From a virus (taxonomy: Duplodnaviria > Caudoviricetes), in IMG/VR virus record IMGVR_UViG_3300010412_000012, positions 1-62,709 of that record: a stretch of DNA of 62,709 bases. The stretch is one strand, 5' to 3'. The notes beneath the pieces were generated by a model. It did no database searches. It was not told where the DNA came from and saw only the letters and a list, made by a program, of their open reading frames with translations. The number at the start of each line of letters is the position of its first letter. The first letter of the stretch is position 1. Of this stretch, positions 46,202-56,048 are shown in pieces. Position numbers and translations under genes: made by a program.

Positions 46202-47299
46202 ATGGCAATCCTGTTTGCAAACAACTGTAGCACCACCCTTTCTGTCGGTATTACCGCTGGCTCAACCTCTATTCAGGTAGCTGACTCGAGCGCTTTCCCG
46301 CAGCCTACGGGCGGTGACGTCATCTACATCACGCTCGAAGACCCGGCAGGTGACATCGAGATTATTCGGTGCAGCGCCAACGACGCCATCAACACCTTTA
46401 CGGTGGACACAGGCGGTCGTGGCATTGACGGCACTACGGCCCAAGCGTTCAACGCCACTGAGACTCGTGTCGAACTGCGGCTCGTCAAGACCATCATGGA
46501 GGCGTACCTTCAGAAGACAGGCGGCACGCTGACTGGCGACCTCAACATGAGCAGCAATAATGTCGCTGATGCGAAACTGACTGGTGCCAGCACGCAGATG
46601 CTCGCCGGAGAGATCGTGGCTGTCCCGCTTCGTGGTCTGGCTGGCGCATCGGGCAATGAGATTGCTGTCCCGGTAAACGGTACCAGTCGAGCCACAGCTG
46701 GCGGCTCAGCCATACTGTGTACTGGCGACGACATCATGGCCGAGCTGGACGTCAGCGGCACCATCACATTCAACAGCGCCACGGTAGCGGTAATCGTGCC
46801 GGGCGGCATCCCGTTCCAAGTGAACGACGGTGATGACTCACATAACGTGCAGATCATCCATGACGGTACGAACCCGCAGCTCAGCTGCACGAACAACGAA
46901 GATTTCATCTTTGCGAATTCGTCGATCGACCTGAGTTTGAACCAGCTGAAACAAGCCGAGTTCATTGACCAGTCGGTGACAGAGCAGACGGTATCCAGCT
47001 CCCTCGGTGTACTGACGATTGACTACTCGCTCGGTTCATACGTGAACGTCACGTTGTCTGAGAACATCACAAGTATCGTGATTAACAACCCTCCGGCCAA
47101 CGGCGCGGTCGGTTCGCTGCGTATCAAGTTCACGCAGGACCCTGTCACCCCTCGGACGATTAGCTGGACTGGATACAAGTTTGCCAAAACGCCTTCACAC
47201 AGCACCACCGTGAACGCAATCGACTTTGTCGATCTCTGGACTGATGACGGCGGTACCACGTGGTACTGCGCTATGGACGATAACTGGGTAACTCAGTAA
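46202..47299 (+). CDS. Tail fibre/appendage protein
   Basis: FANN..TTL...I; RGIDGTTAQAF...VELR; C-terminal DGGTTWY domain. Confidence 0.7.
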   Translation: MAILFANNCSTTLSVGITAGSTSIQVADSSAFPQPTGGDVIYITLEDPAGDIEIIRCSANDAINTFTVDTGGRGIDGTTAQAFNATETRVELRLVKTIMEAYLQKTGGTLTGDLNMSSNNVADAKLTGASTQMLAGEIVAVPLRGLAGASGNEIAVPVNGTSRATAGGSAILCTGDDIMAELDVSGTITFNSATVAVIVPGGIPFQVNDGDDSHNVQIIHDGTNPQLSCTNNEDFIFANSSIDLSLNQLKQAEFIDQSVTEQTVSSSLGVLTIDYSLGSYVNVTLSENITSIVINNPPANGAVGSLRIKFTQDPVTPRTISWTGYKFAKTPSHSTTVNAIDFVDLWTDDGGTTWYCAMDDNWVTQ

Positions 47300-47309
47300 A
47301 GGAGGCCCG

Positions 47310-49199
47310 ATGGCTGGCATAAAGCTAGAAGGTTTCCAAGGAGTAATCCCACGAGTATCTGAACGTCTCCTGCCGCCGATGTCGGCGTCTGACGCCAAGA
47401 ACACGAAACTGCTCCAAGGTGAACTCCGTGGCTACCGCGTACTGGTGGAGGAGGCTGACTTCTCCGGCGGTGGCGTTACACCTGTTCGCCGTGCCTACAG
47501 AGTTCCCAACACGCCTAGCGATGCGTACCTCACGTTCGATACACGTGATGTAGACATTGTACGTTCCCCACTCGTGAATGATACGTGGGACCGATACTTC
47601 TGGGCCGGAGACGGTGTCCCCCAGATGAACTCTGGTGCCAACATCAAGGCAGGGCAGGTGAACGGTCCATACTGGCTCGGTGTACCCGGCCCGGCTAATG
47701 CGCCTTCCGTGTCGCCCCCAGCTGGCTCAGACGAGACGCGAGCGTACGTGTACACGTTCGTATCGGAGTTTGGTGAGGAGAGCCAGCCTTCCCCCGCTAC
47801 GGTCGTTGCAGGGGCTTCTGCGGGCACGTGGGCGCTCTCAGGCATGGATGCGACCATCTCCGGGGAAGCGAACCGTGCGTTCCAAGGCCACCAAGGTCAG
47901 GCAGTGGTCAAGATTTACCGTACTGTGCCGGGCAACGCCTCGACCAACTTCTATTACGTGGATGAGGTCAACTACGGCACGACTACGTACAACGACACTA
48001 TCGCCAACGACGTTGTTGCGTCGAATAACCTACTAGAGTCAACGACTTGGGCACCTCCCATCTCTACGATGGAGGGCTTCATCGCCATGCCGAACGGCTA
48101 CCTCGTTGGCTGGGCTGGCCGCCGCCTGTTGTTCAGTGAGCCGTACCGCCCGCACGCATGGCCTGCGGAGTACGAACTGTCCACTGAGTTCGACATCGTG
48201 GCACTCGGAGTTGTCGGCTCAACCTTGGTTATCGGCACTGAAAGTCAACCTTATTTCGGTCAGGGCGTCAGCCCCGCCTCGTTCACCACCCAGAAGATCG
48301 ACGCTGTCGAGCCATGCCTGTCCCGCCGAGGGATGGTCAGCACTACAGCAGGTGTTCTGTATCCGTCGATCAACGGGCTGGTGCTCGCTAACAGCTCCGG
48401 CGTGCAGGTGATTACCAAAGACCTGTTCACAAAGGAGGAGTGGTCAGACTGGCTCCCCAACCAGTTGTATGCAGCACAACTAGGCTTGCAGTACATCGCC
48501 TTCAATGGCCCAAGCACCGGGTTCGTCCTCGACCCGCAGGAGCCTGCCGCACGGTTCGTGCCGCTGGATGGCTTCACCAACGTCGAGGGTATCGAGACCG
48601 ACCGCTACACCGGCAACGTGTCGCTCCTGTCCAACGACCGCATCTGGGAGTGGGATGGCGAGAACACCCAGCAGCGGATGCAGTGGACATGGAAAAGCAA
48701 GATGTACCAGACCCCGAAACCGATTAACTTCGGCGCGGCCCGGCTGCACTTCATTACAGGTTCGGTGGACTTCAGTGACGAGATCACGGCCAAGTATTCA
48801 CCGTACAACACTTCGCTGATGACGGCCATCGGTACTCAACCCGGAGCACTGTCCCGATTGAACACGCTTAACGGACAGGTGTTGGGAGGTTCTCCGGCCA
48901 ATAACACAGGGCTTGTGGCCGGATGGGATGAGGCGGAGACCCGTCAACCCCTTGGTGGTTCACTGCTGTTCCCTGTAGGTGTACTGAGTTCCCAGACCAA
49001 TACGGTCAGGGTCATCATCTACGTGGACTACCAGAACGGTCAGAAGAAGGTTGTCTTCGATCGCAACATCTCGAGCGAGGACATCTTCAGGTTGCCTACA
49101 GGCTTCAAGAGTGACCTGTGGCAGATTGAACTTCGTGGTAACACCACGGTGTACTCCATGCAGATCGCGGAGACGCCGAAGCAGCTGGCTATGGTCTAA
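47310..49199 (+). CDS. Tail nozzle/stabilisation protein
   Basis: F.G.IPR...RLLP, RAYVYTFVS.FGEES.PSP, FSEPY.PHAWP, WKSK. Confidence 0.8.
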   Translation: MAGIKLEGFQGVIPRVSERLLPPMSASDAKNTKLLQGELRGYRVLVEEADFSGGGVTPVRRAYRVPNTPSDAYLTFDTRDVDIVRSPLVNDTWDRYFWAGDGVPQMNSGANIKAGQVNGPYWLGVPGPANAPSVSPPAGSDETRAYVYTFVSEFGEESQPSPATVVAGASAGTWALSGMDATISGEANRAFQGHQGQAVVKIYRTVPGNASTNFYYVDEVNYGTTTYNDTIANDVVASNNLLESTTWAPPISTMEGFIAMPNGYLVGWAGRRLLFSEPYRPHAWPAEYELSTEFDIVALGVVGSTLVIGTESQPYFGQGVSPASFTTQKIDAVEPCLSRRGMVSTTAGVLYPSINGLVLANSSGVQVITKDLFTKEEWSDWLPNQLYAAQLGLQYIAFNGPSTGFVLDPQEPAARFVPLDGFTNVEGIETDRYTGNVSLLSNDRIWEWDGENTQQRMQWTWKSKMYQTPKPINFGAARLHFITGSVDFSDEITAKYSPYNTSLMTAIGTQPGALSRLNTLNGQVLGGSPANNTGLVAGWDEAETRQPLGGSLLFPVGVLSSQTNTVRVIIYVDYQNGQKKVVFDRNISSEDIFRLPTGFKSDLWQIELRGNTTVYSMQIAETPKQLAMV

Positions 49200-50254
49200 T
49201 GGCTCTCTCGACCAAACCAAACAGGTTCTACCCGGCGGTACCTGCCCCGACGCAAGACCTACCATCTCTCCAAAACACCGTGGAGCAGATGCGTACGGCC
49301 ATGCTCACTTACCAGCGGAGCGACAACAACTATAACAAGTCGTTCGTCCGGTTCGAGGAGCTGGTTGATCTCGGCATCATTGACGCGGAGGGCAACAACA
49401 CCCTGACCACAGGTACCGGCGGCGGGGAGAACCAGACCCCGTGGCTGAGCAACATTGACGGTGCCGGATACTCCCTGAGTAACGCTCTGACGATAGAGAT
49501 TCAGTCTGCCGATACCAACTACTTTACTACGTTGGGATTCAACGGCACCGATTTTGAAATCCTGATGGATGCTACGGTCTCGCCGCAGAACATGAGGGTT
49601 ACTGGTTTTGTAGGCGGCGACTTCATCGTTGAGGGTACCGCAGGCGGTGGCCGTATCCGACAGGAGAACTCGGCTGATCCGTCAGAGTACATTGAGTTTT
49701 ACCATGACACGAGCAGTACGGCGAGGATCGTATCTTCCGGTGCGATTCGTTTGCAGTCTACCCATGTCTCCCTGCCATACGTCGAGGTGGCTGACACCAA
49801 CGAGTTCAGGAAACTGGGCAGCGTAGCCAAGGCCACCTCGTTCGACTACAGCGGCGCAGACTTCATCATCGACGCCAATGCTGGTGCTGGTGCAGCTGCA
49901 TCAAACTTCAGGATCGAGAACTTCTCCGGCAACTTCAGGATGGCGACGTACATATTCGCCGCGAACCAGACTCCTACCAGTGCCGAGGACAACTACGTCC
50001 TGACCTACGATTTTGCTGGTAATACTATCCAGCTGGAACCGGGCGGCGGTGGCGGCCCAACAAGCGACCACCCCCACACAGGTGAGGTCACAGGCACGAC
50101 AGCATTGACGGTGCAGGTGTCTTCGATCACAAACCGTACAGCTGTAACAGAAGTATCTGACAGCGGTATCGACGATTTGGCGCTCCATGATGCAAGTGAT
50201 GGAAGTTTCAAGAAAACCCCAGTAAACTTGGTAACAGATGGTGGGTACTTTTAA
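49199..50254 (+). CDS. Tail/fibre adaptor protein
   Basis: TAATG coupling; N-terminal helical region; C-terminal DGGYF. Confidence 0.65.
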   Translation: MALSTKPNRFYPAVPAPTQDLPSLQNTVEQMRTAMLTYQRSDNNYNKSFVRFEELVDLGIIDAEGNNTLTTGTGGGENQTPWLSNIDGAGYSLSNALTIEIQSADTNYFTTLGFNGTDFEILMDATVSPQNMRVTGFVGGDFIVEGTAGGGRIRQENSADPSEYIEFYHDTSSTARIVSSGAIRLQSTHVSLPYVEVADTNEFRKLGSVAKATSFDYSGADFIIDANAGAGAAASNFRIENFSGNFRMATYIFAANQTPTSAEDNYVLTYDFAGNTIQLEPGGGGGPTSDHPHTGEVTGTTALTVQVSSITNRTAVTEVSDSGIDDLALHDASDGSFKKTPVNLVTDGGYF

Positions 50255-50272
50255 CCCGACCGAGGAATAGTA

Positions 50273-51946
50273 ATGGCGAATACAATCCGTATTAAACGGT
50301 CAGTCACCACAAACACCCCTACCGGGTTGGCGCAAGGCGAGCTGGCATTTTCTGAATCCGGCTCCCCTAACGGTATTGGTGAGCTGTTCATCGGTGTAGC
50401 AGGGCCGGGCATCCAGAAGATCGCCACCCTGACAGGTGCTAATCCCGCTGAGCCGAACGATCCGGCGCAGGACAACCAGACGATCACGACTGGTCTCGGT
50501 ATCGACGGCGCGGATGCTGGCTCCACTGGCAACGTCACCCTGTCGCTGGCTACGACGGAGCTGACCAATACCGCTCCTGACGCTACCGACCAGATTGTTT
50601 TCAACGACGCCACGGATGAGCTACCGAAGAAGCAGGTAATTTCAAGTGTGCCGATCAGCCTGTGGGGAGCGGCGACTGGTCAGGTCAGTATGGCCGATCA
50701 GGACATTAACCGTCCGATCCTCGAAGACTACGGCATCAAGCACCACACGCTGTCGATCAGTACTGCGCCGTCGCCGGACACCGCTACGTTCGACATCACG
50801 TTGGGTAACTCGGCGGTCATCGACCTCGAGAATGCCACCGAGTCTGTCACCCTGACGTTCAGCAACCCGTCGCCTACAGGCAACTACTGCGAGATCAGTC
50901 TCATAGTCATCCAAGGCACCACGGCCCGGACGATCAACTGGCCGGGATCGGTGGACTGGAAGGGCGGCGCTCCCACCCTGAGCACCACCAACGATGCTGT
51001 AGACCTGTTCCACTTCTTTACGGTGAACGGTGGTACCACGTGGTATGGCACGTATGCGCTGGAAGCTGCGGTAGGTGGCGGTACGGTAACGAGTGTCAAC
51101 GCTGGCATCTTGACGGACATCAGTGGTACGGCCTCCGATCCGGTCGTTGATGTTGACCTGTCCGAAGCGACAGAAGCGGTCTATGCACCTGCAACAGACT
51201 ACCTGCTGTTCCTTGACGGCGGTGCTCTGGGTACGGCAGCGAAAGAGTCTGGCGCTGACTTCGCTACTGCGCTTGCTGGTGTCGGTCTGGCCGCCACTGG
51301 CGGTGTTCTGGCACTGGACTTCAACGAGCTGACCGACCTTGCCGGTGCCTCGGTAGTTGGTACGGACGAACTGATCCTTCAGGACGGTGGTACGACTGAG
51401 AGCCGTGTAGCCATCAACGAGATCGAGGTCGGCCTGTTCGCCAACGCAACTACGGAATACGTGTCTGAAAACGACACGATGGTAGTCGCCGACTGGAACT
51501 GGGTCCTCGACGAAGACAATATGGCGTCGAACTCAGCCGTTCACGTACCGACACAGCAGTCGGTCAAGGCATACGTCGATGCTGTCTCCGCCAGTGAGAT
51601 GACCTACAAGGGGCTGTACAACGCCTCGACCAACACCCCGGCGCTGGACACTGGTTCGCCTGTAATCTCCATCGGTGACGTCTACTACGTCTCGGTGGCA
51701 GGTACGTTCTTCACCACCCCGGTGAACCCCGGTGACATCCTGATCGCCAACAACACTTCTTCCGATGCTGCTCTCGAGTCTGACTGGGACATCGTAGTAG
51801 GTACTGAACACCCCACCGCATCTGAGACCGTAGCCGGTATTATCGAGATCGCTACACAGGCCGAGGTGGACGCCGGAGCGTCTGCCGTACTTGCCGTAGT
51901 CCCCAGCTATCTGCATAATACGACCTTCGACGGCGGCACGTTCTAA
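50273..51946 (+). CDS. Tail fibre protein
   Basis: MANTIRIKRS..P..L.QGELA N-domain; GGTTWYG domain; VPTQQSVKAYVD; ASETVAGIIEIATQAEV; C-terminal DGGTF. Confidence 0.8.
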   Translation: MANTIRIKRSVTTNTPTGLAQGELAFSESGSPNGIGELFIGVAGPGIQKIATLTGANPAEPNDPAQDNQTITTGLGIDGADAGSTGNVTLSLATTELTNTAPDATDQIVFNDATDELPKKQVISSVPISLWGAATGQVSMADQDINRPILEDYGIKHHTLSISTAPSPDTATFDITLGNSAVIDLENATESVTLTFSNPSPTGNYCEISLIVIQGTTARTINWPGSVDWKGGAPTLSTTNDAVDLFHFFTVNGGTTWYGTYALEAAVGGGTVTSVNAGILTDISGTASDPVVDVDLSEATEAVYAPATDYLLFLDGGALGTAAKESGADFATALAGVGLAATGGVLALDFNELTDLAGASVVGTDELILQDGGTTESRVAINEIEVGLFANATTEYVSENDTMVVADWNWVLDEDNMASNSAVHVPTQQSVKAYVDAVSASEMTYKGLYNASTNTPALDTGSPVISIGDVYYVSVAGTFFTTPVNPGDILIANNTSSDAALESDWDIVVGTEHPTASETVAGIIEIATQAEVDAGASAVLAVVPSYLHNTTFDGGTF

Positions 51947-51955
51947 GGTGCAGGC

Positions 51956-54898
51956 GTGGCAAACACAATAATCCTCAAACGAAGAAGTACTACAGGTGCT
52001 CCAACAGCAGGTCAGCTCCAACAGGGCGAGCTGGCTATCAATACGCTGGACGAGAAGCTGTACTCGAAGAACTCGTCCAACGCCATCTTCGAGATCACTG
52101 ACCACAACAACCTGACCAACTATGTTGCCAACGAGCACATAGACTGGACGAACGCCACCCAGAACCTCGTCACTACCGGCACATTATCGGCTTCCGGTAA
52201 TACGATAATCAACTCGAAGATCAATGGGCAGACGATCCTAACCATTGGCGAGAGTTCGACCCTTCGAGGTGATGCTCAGGATGGGGTACTCAGGATTTAT
52301 TCTGAGAATGCTGGCGCAATCAATCTGGCGTCGTTTGCCAACACTGGCAGTAATCTACAGCTCACCGGCAATGTGAATTTTCAGGTCAATATGGGGCTTG
52401 ACATTCTTGCAGGTGAGTTCTATCGACAAAGGAATTCCGCAAACACGGCATGGGTCAACCATGTTGTATCTACTACGCCGGACCTCAACACGACGTTCAA
52501 TGGCGGTTCAGTAGACATCGTTGACTGGAACATCTCTGGCCTGACAGGTGTAGTAAACCTGTCGAACCCATTGGTGATGGGCGACAACGACATCCGCACT
52601 CCGGTTCTTGAAGATTACGGTATTACCCACCAGACAGCCACGGTTAGCGCCAACGCCGTCACGGTCAACTGCACGCTGGGTAACTCGGTCTATATTGACA
52701 TGGACCCAGCCACCGCTGCCGTCACCCTGACACTGAGCAACCCCCCGGCGTCCGGTACCTACGGCGAGGTGAACCTCCTCATCCAGATGGGTACTCCGGC
52801 CTATGACATTACGTGGCCGGTATCGGTCGTGTGGATGGGCGGTGGTGCTCCCAGCCTGACGACGACCAACGACGACTACGATCTGGTACACCTGTTCACA
52901 GTCAACGGTGGTACTACGTGGTTTGGGACCTATGCTACTTCGACGGCTACCGGCGGCGGTAATGTCAGCAATACTGGCACGCCACTCAACGATCAGATCG
53001 CTGTATGGACATCTTCAGCAGTCATCGAGGGTACGTCAGGACTGACATACAACGGTACGACGCTCGCTGTAACTGGCAGCATCACCGCCACTGGTAACGT
53101 CTCATCGTCAGGCGTAACAATAAACGGCAACAGCGTTGAGCGCGACTCGACCACAGATGGTCTGCGGATATACGGCGGTACAGCTGCTACCGGCGGAAAC
53201 ATAGAGATATACGGCGGGTCACACGCCACGCAGCCCAACACCATCTATTACGATGCCGCGACTCACTACTTCCGCGATGTAGATGCCTCTCCGAGCTACA
53301 TGACAATCGGGTCAACTACGACCACGATAAACGGAAACCTTGATGCGCTGAACGGGGTGGATGTTACGAACGGTATTACGTGCGGCTCTACCGTGGCTGC
53401 GAGCGTTACCGATCTGTCGAAACATCTTGCCCTGTACAGTACGACTTACGGCCTCTGCGTCACGGGCAGCACTCTGAACCTCGTTGCTAACGGCTCGAAT
53501 ACTTTTTCGACTACAAGCACCGCCATAACGTCAAAGATCAACCACGACTTCAGCGCGGGCATCGACGTCACTGGTAACATAACTGTTACCGGCACGGTGG
53601 ATGGTATCGACGTTGCCAACCTGCATCCGACTGGTATGTACAGCAGCACTGTCAAACGTAACATGGTGCAGTACAACCGTTTCGCTGCCGTGCAGGAGAT
53701 GGCTGGTTCGTCCAACTGGAACGAAGGTGTCTACGGTGCCTTTGGTAATATGACCAACGGGCCGTCAGGGATGACCTATGACCCTATTCTCGTCATGGGA
53801 TCGGCTTCAGATGTTCGGTCTTTCCTCGTCGTGCCACGTACTGCTTCTCGCGGGCTTGCATTCAAAGGCAGCACCGGCACAGCACCGCCAGTACATACGG
53901 CTTGGCACTACACCCCGTGGTCAACAACTGCGACGACGGTTGATTGGAGAACTCGTTTTGAGACTAACGAAGTTCGTGGGGACACTAGCCAGTATGTAGG
54001 CATACGAAGCGGAGTATCCGGCGCTGGTGGTATGCGTGTCTATAACAGCGCTGGCACTATTCAGGGATATGTCTATCACAATGATGCACAAGATTTTGGG
54101 CTTCTGCATAGTGGCGGTGGCTGGGGAGTACGCCTGTTTGCTGGTGGTACCGCTGTAGGTATTACTCCTAACTGTGACTTCTCGAACGGCATCGACGTAA
54201 CTGGTAACATAACTGTTACCGGCACGGTGGACGGTGTTGACATCGCCGCCTTGGACGGAGCTGTAGCCAAGACAGCCGACAACGAAACGATCACCGGCAA
54301 CTGGACACTTCAGTGCGATACTGTTGGCGACTTTGTAGTCCGTCGCAACGGTACTACTGGCGCTGCTGGTATTGGGTTTCGTAACGACGACGCTACCCTC
54401 AAGGGGTACCTCGGATTCTCAGACACCTCGGAGTTCGTAATCTGGAAGGGGACAGATACATCTGTCCTGTTCAAAATTGACGACACTGGTGCCATCACCC
54501 AAGTTGGAAACATCACGATGGGCGATAGCACACTCACGACGCCCAAGATTAACGATTACTCCATTACCTCGGGCAGTGCCACGATCAGCGCCAACGCTGC
54601 CACCCTGACGTACAGCACCGCTCAGGCGTGGGAACTGGACTTGGAGGCAGCCACAGGTAATGTTACAGTGACCCTCTCGGGTGGGCCGCCAGCGAGCACC
54701 TACGGCGAGATGATCGTCAAGGTACAGCAGGATACTACGGCAGCACGAACGATCACGTGGGCTGGTGGTACCTTCGAGTGGCCGGGCGGTACGGCACCTA
54801 CGATGACCGCCACGGCTGACGCCATCGACATCTACCACTTCAGTACGTGGAATGGCGGCACGACTTGGTGGGGATCAGTCATACAGGATTGCAAATAA
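51956..54898 (+). CDS. Long tail fibre protein
   Basis: MANTIILKRR..QGELAIN; two GGTTW domains; repeated GNITVTGTVDG. Confidence 0.8.
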   Translation: MANTIILKRRSTTGAPTAGQLQQGELAINTLDEKLYSKNSSNAIFEITDHNNLTNYVANEHIDWTNATQNLVTTGTLSASGNTIINSKINGQTILTIGESSTLRGDAQDGVLRIYSENAGAINLASFANTGSNLQLTGNVNFQVNMGLDILAGEFYRQRNSANTAWVNHVVSTTPDLNTTFNGGSVDIVDWNISGLTGVVNLSNPLVMGDNDIRTPVLEDYGITHQTATVSANAVTVNCTLGNSVYIDMDPATAAVTLTLSNPPASGTYGEVNLLIQMGTPAYDITWPVSVVWMGGGAPSLTTTNDDYDLVHLFTVNGGTTWFGTYATSTATGGGNVSNTGTPLNDQIAVWTSSAVIEGTSGLTYNGTTLAVTGSITATGNVSSSGVTINGNSVERDSTTDGLRIYGGTAATGGNIEIYGGSHATQPNTIYYDAATHYFRDVDASPSYMTIGSTTTTINGNLDALNGVDVTNGITCGSTVAASVTDLSKHLALYSTTYGLCVTGSTLNLVANGSNTFSTTSTAITSKINHDFSAGIDVTGNITVTGTVDGIDVANLHPTGMYSSTVKRNMVQYNRFAAVQEMAGSSNWNEGVYGAFGNMTNGPSGMTYDPILVMGSASDVRSFLVVPRTASRGLAFKGSTGTAPPVHTAWHYTPWSTTATTVDWRTRFETNEVRGDTSQYVGIRSGVSGAGGMRVYNSAGTIQGYVYHNDAQDFGLLHSGGGWGVRLFAGGTAVGITPNCDFSNGIDVTGNITVTGTVDGVDIAALDGAVAKTADNETITGNWTLQCDTVGDFVVRRNGTTGAAGIGFRNDDATLKGYLGFSDTSEFVIWKGTDTSVLFKIDDTGAITQVGNITMGDSTLTTPKINDYSITSGSATISANAATLTYSTAQAWELDLEAATGNVTVTLSGGPPASTYGEMIVKVQQDTTAARTITWAGGTFEWPGGTAPTMTATADAIDIYHFSTWNGGTTWWGSVIQDCK

Positions 54899-55413
54899 TG
54901 TTTAGTGGAATGTTCAAAGTCTGCACCTCTCCGTCGCTCCGCTCGGATTATGCGGATGAGATTACCCTCGGCGATCTCGGCGGTGCTGGTGATGTCTACT
55001 CACAGGTAGACCCTTACAACGGCTCTGCTGTTATTCGTGTGTACGGTACACTCGGCGGCGCGAGGAAGGGCGAGATATGGGCCAACAACAACCTTGGCAA
55101 CCTCGTCCAGTTCGCCCCCGCCGACAACTGGATTAGACCTGTTGAACTTGCTGACGCAGAAGACTGGTGGGTGCGGTTCGCCAACATCACTGGTGACACA
55201 GCTCAGCTCGGCGGCAACGCGAACGAGACATGGGTGCAGCTGTCTGCAACCCCATACGCGAACCTGATCTTGAACGATCCCACTGGGCCTTCAATCCAGT
55301 ATTCAGTTTTTGGGCAGTTGGAACTACGCACCGGGTCGTCTGGCCCGGCAGAGTATTCAACTAACTTTGACATGTCTGCTGAAACAGACGAGAAGAAAGC
55401 AGTAGGTAAATAA
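54898..55413 (+). CDS. Fibre-tip/adhesin-like protein, paralogue 1
   Basis: TAATG coupling; shares a domain with the next gene. Confidence 0.6.
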   Translation: MFSGMFKVCTSPSLRSDYADEITLGDLGGAGDVYSQVDPYNGSAVIRVYGTLGGARKGEIWANNNLGNLVQFAPADNWIRPVELADAEDWWVRFANITGDTAQLGGNANETWVQLSATPYANLILNDPTGPSIQYSVFGQLELRTGSSGPAEYSTNFDMSAETDEKKAVGK

Positions 55414-55415
55414 TC

Positions 55416-56048
55416 ATGGCTAACATCATTACGAAATCACGACTTCTTACGGCTCCGGTTGACATCTGGACGCCGCATAAATACAGCGGCATCAAGATTG
55501 CCGACTGGCTAAATTGGCGCTGGTACCTTCAGAAGATGGGTATGCTCGCTGGCGGGTTCTACTCACAGGGCGGTGGCGGCGGCTCCGGCTATACGCTAGA
55601 CCTTGGTGTCGGTACGCCGCGAGAAATTCAGGCGGGTGGCAACCAAGACATCGGTAGTGTGTCTATCCGTATTTATGGCGGCGGTCACGCTACCCGCGAA
55701 GGTGAGGTCTGGTACCATAACTCTGCTGGCACTCTGGTGCAGCTGTCAGACTCTACGAACTGGATCGTGCCACATACCGACGCTGACGCAGAGAGCTGGC
55801 AGGCTCGGTACACGAACCTCACTGGCGACACAGGCCAGCTGTCAGGTAACGCGGTGAATACGTGGTTCAACATGACCAGTACTTCTCCCTACTACGCCGA
55901 CATTACACTCGCCGAGTCAGCATCACCGTCTACTGCGTACAACGTAACAGGTGACGCGCAGATCAGGATTGGTACTGGTACGGTTGAAGTATCTTGTACT
56001 ATCTGGCTGGATACTGAAACCAGTTCTGGTAAGGCTACCGGCAAATGA
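55416..56048 (+). CDS. Fibre-tip/adhesin-like protein, paralogue 2
   Basis: IR.YG...R.GE.W, LVQ, NWI.P, ADAE.W..R..N.TGDT.QL.GNA..TW shared with 54898-55413. Confidence 0.6.
   Translation: MANIITKSRLLTAPVDIWTPHKYSGIKIADWLNWRWYLQKMGMLAGGFYSQGGGGGSGYTLDLGVGTPREIQAGGNQDIGSVSIRIYGGGHATREGEVWYHNSAGTLVQLSDSTNWIVPHTDADAESWQARYTNLTGDTGQLSGNAVNTWFNMTSTSPYYADITLAESASPSTAYNVTGDAQIRIGTGTVEVSCTIWLDTETSSGKATGK

Noticed and set aside
50273-54898. Diversity-generating retroelement suggested by fibre N-domains and a repeat pair
   Set aside because: No reverse transcriptase; the repeat is short, in frame within one gene, and its two mismatches (C/A, T/C) are not an adenine-specific pattern.
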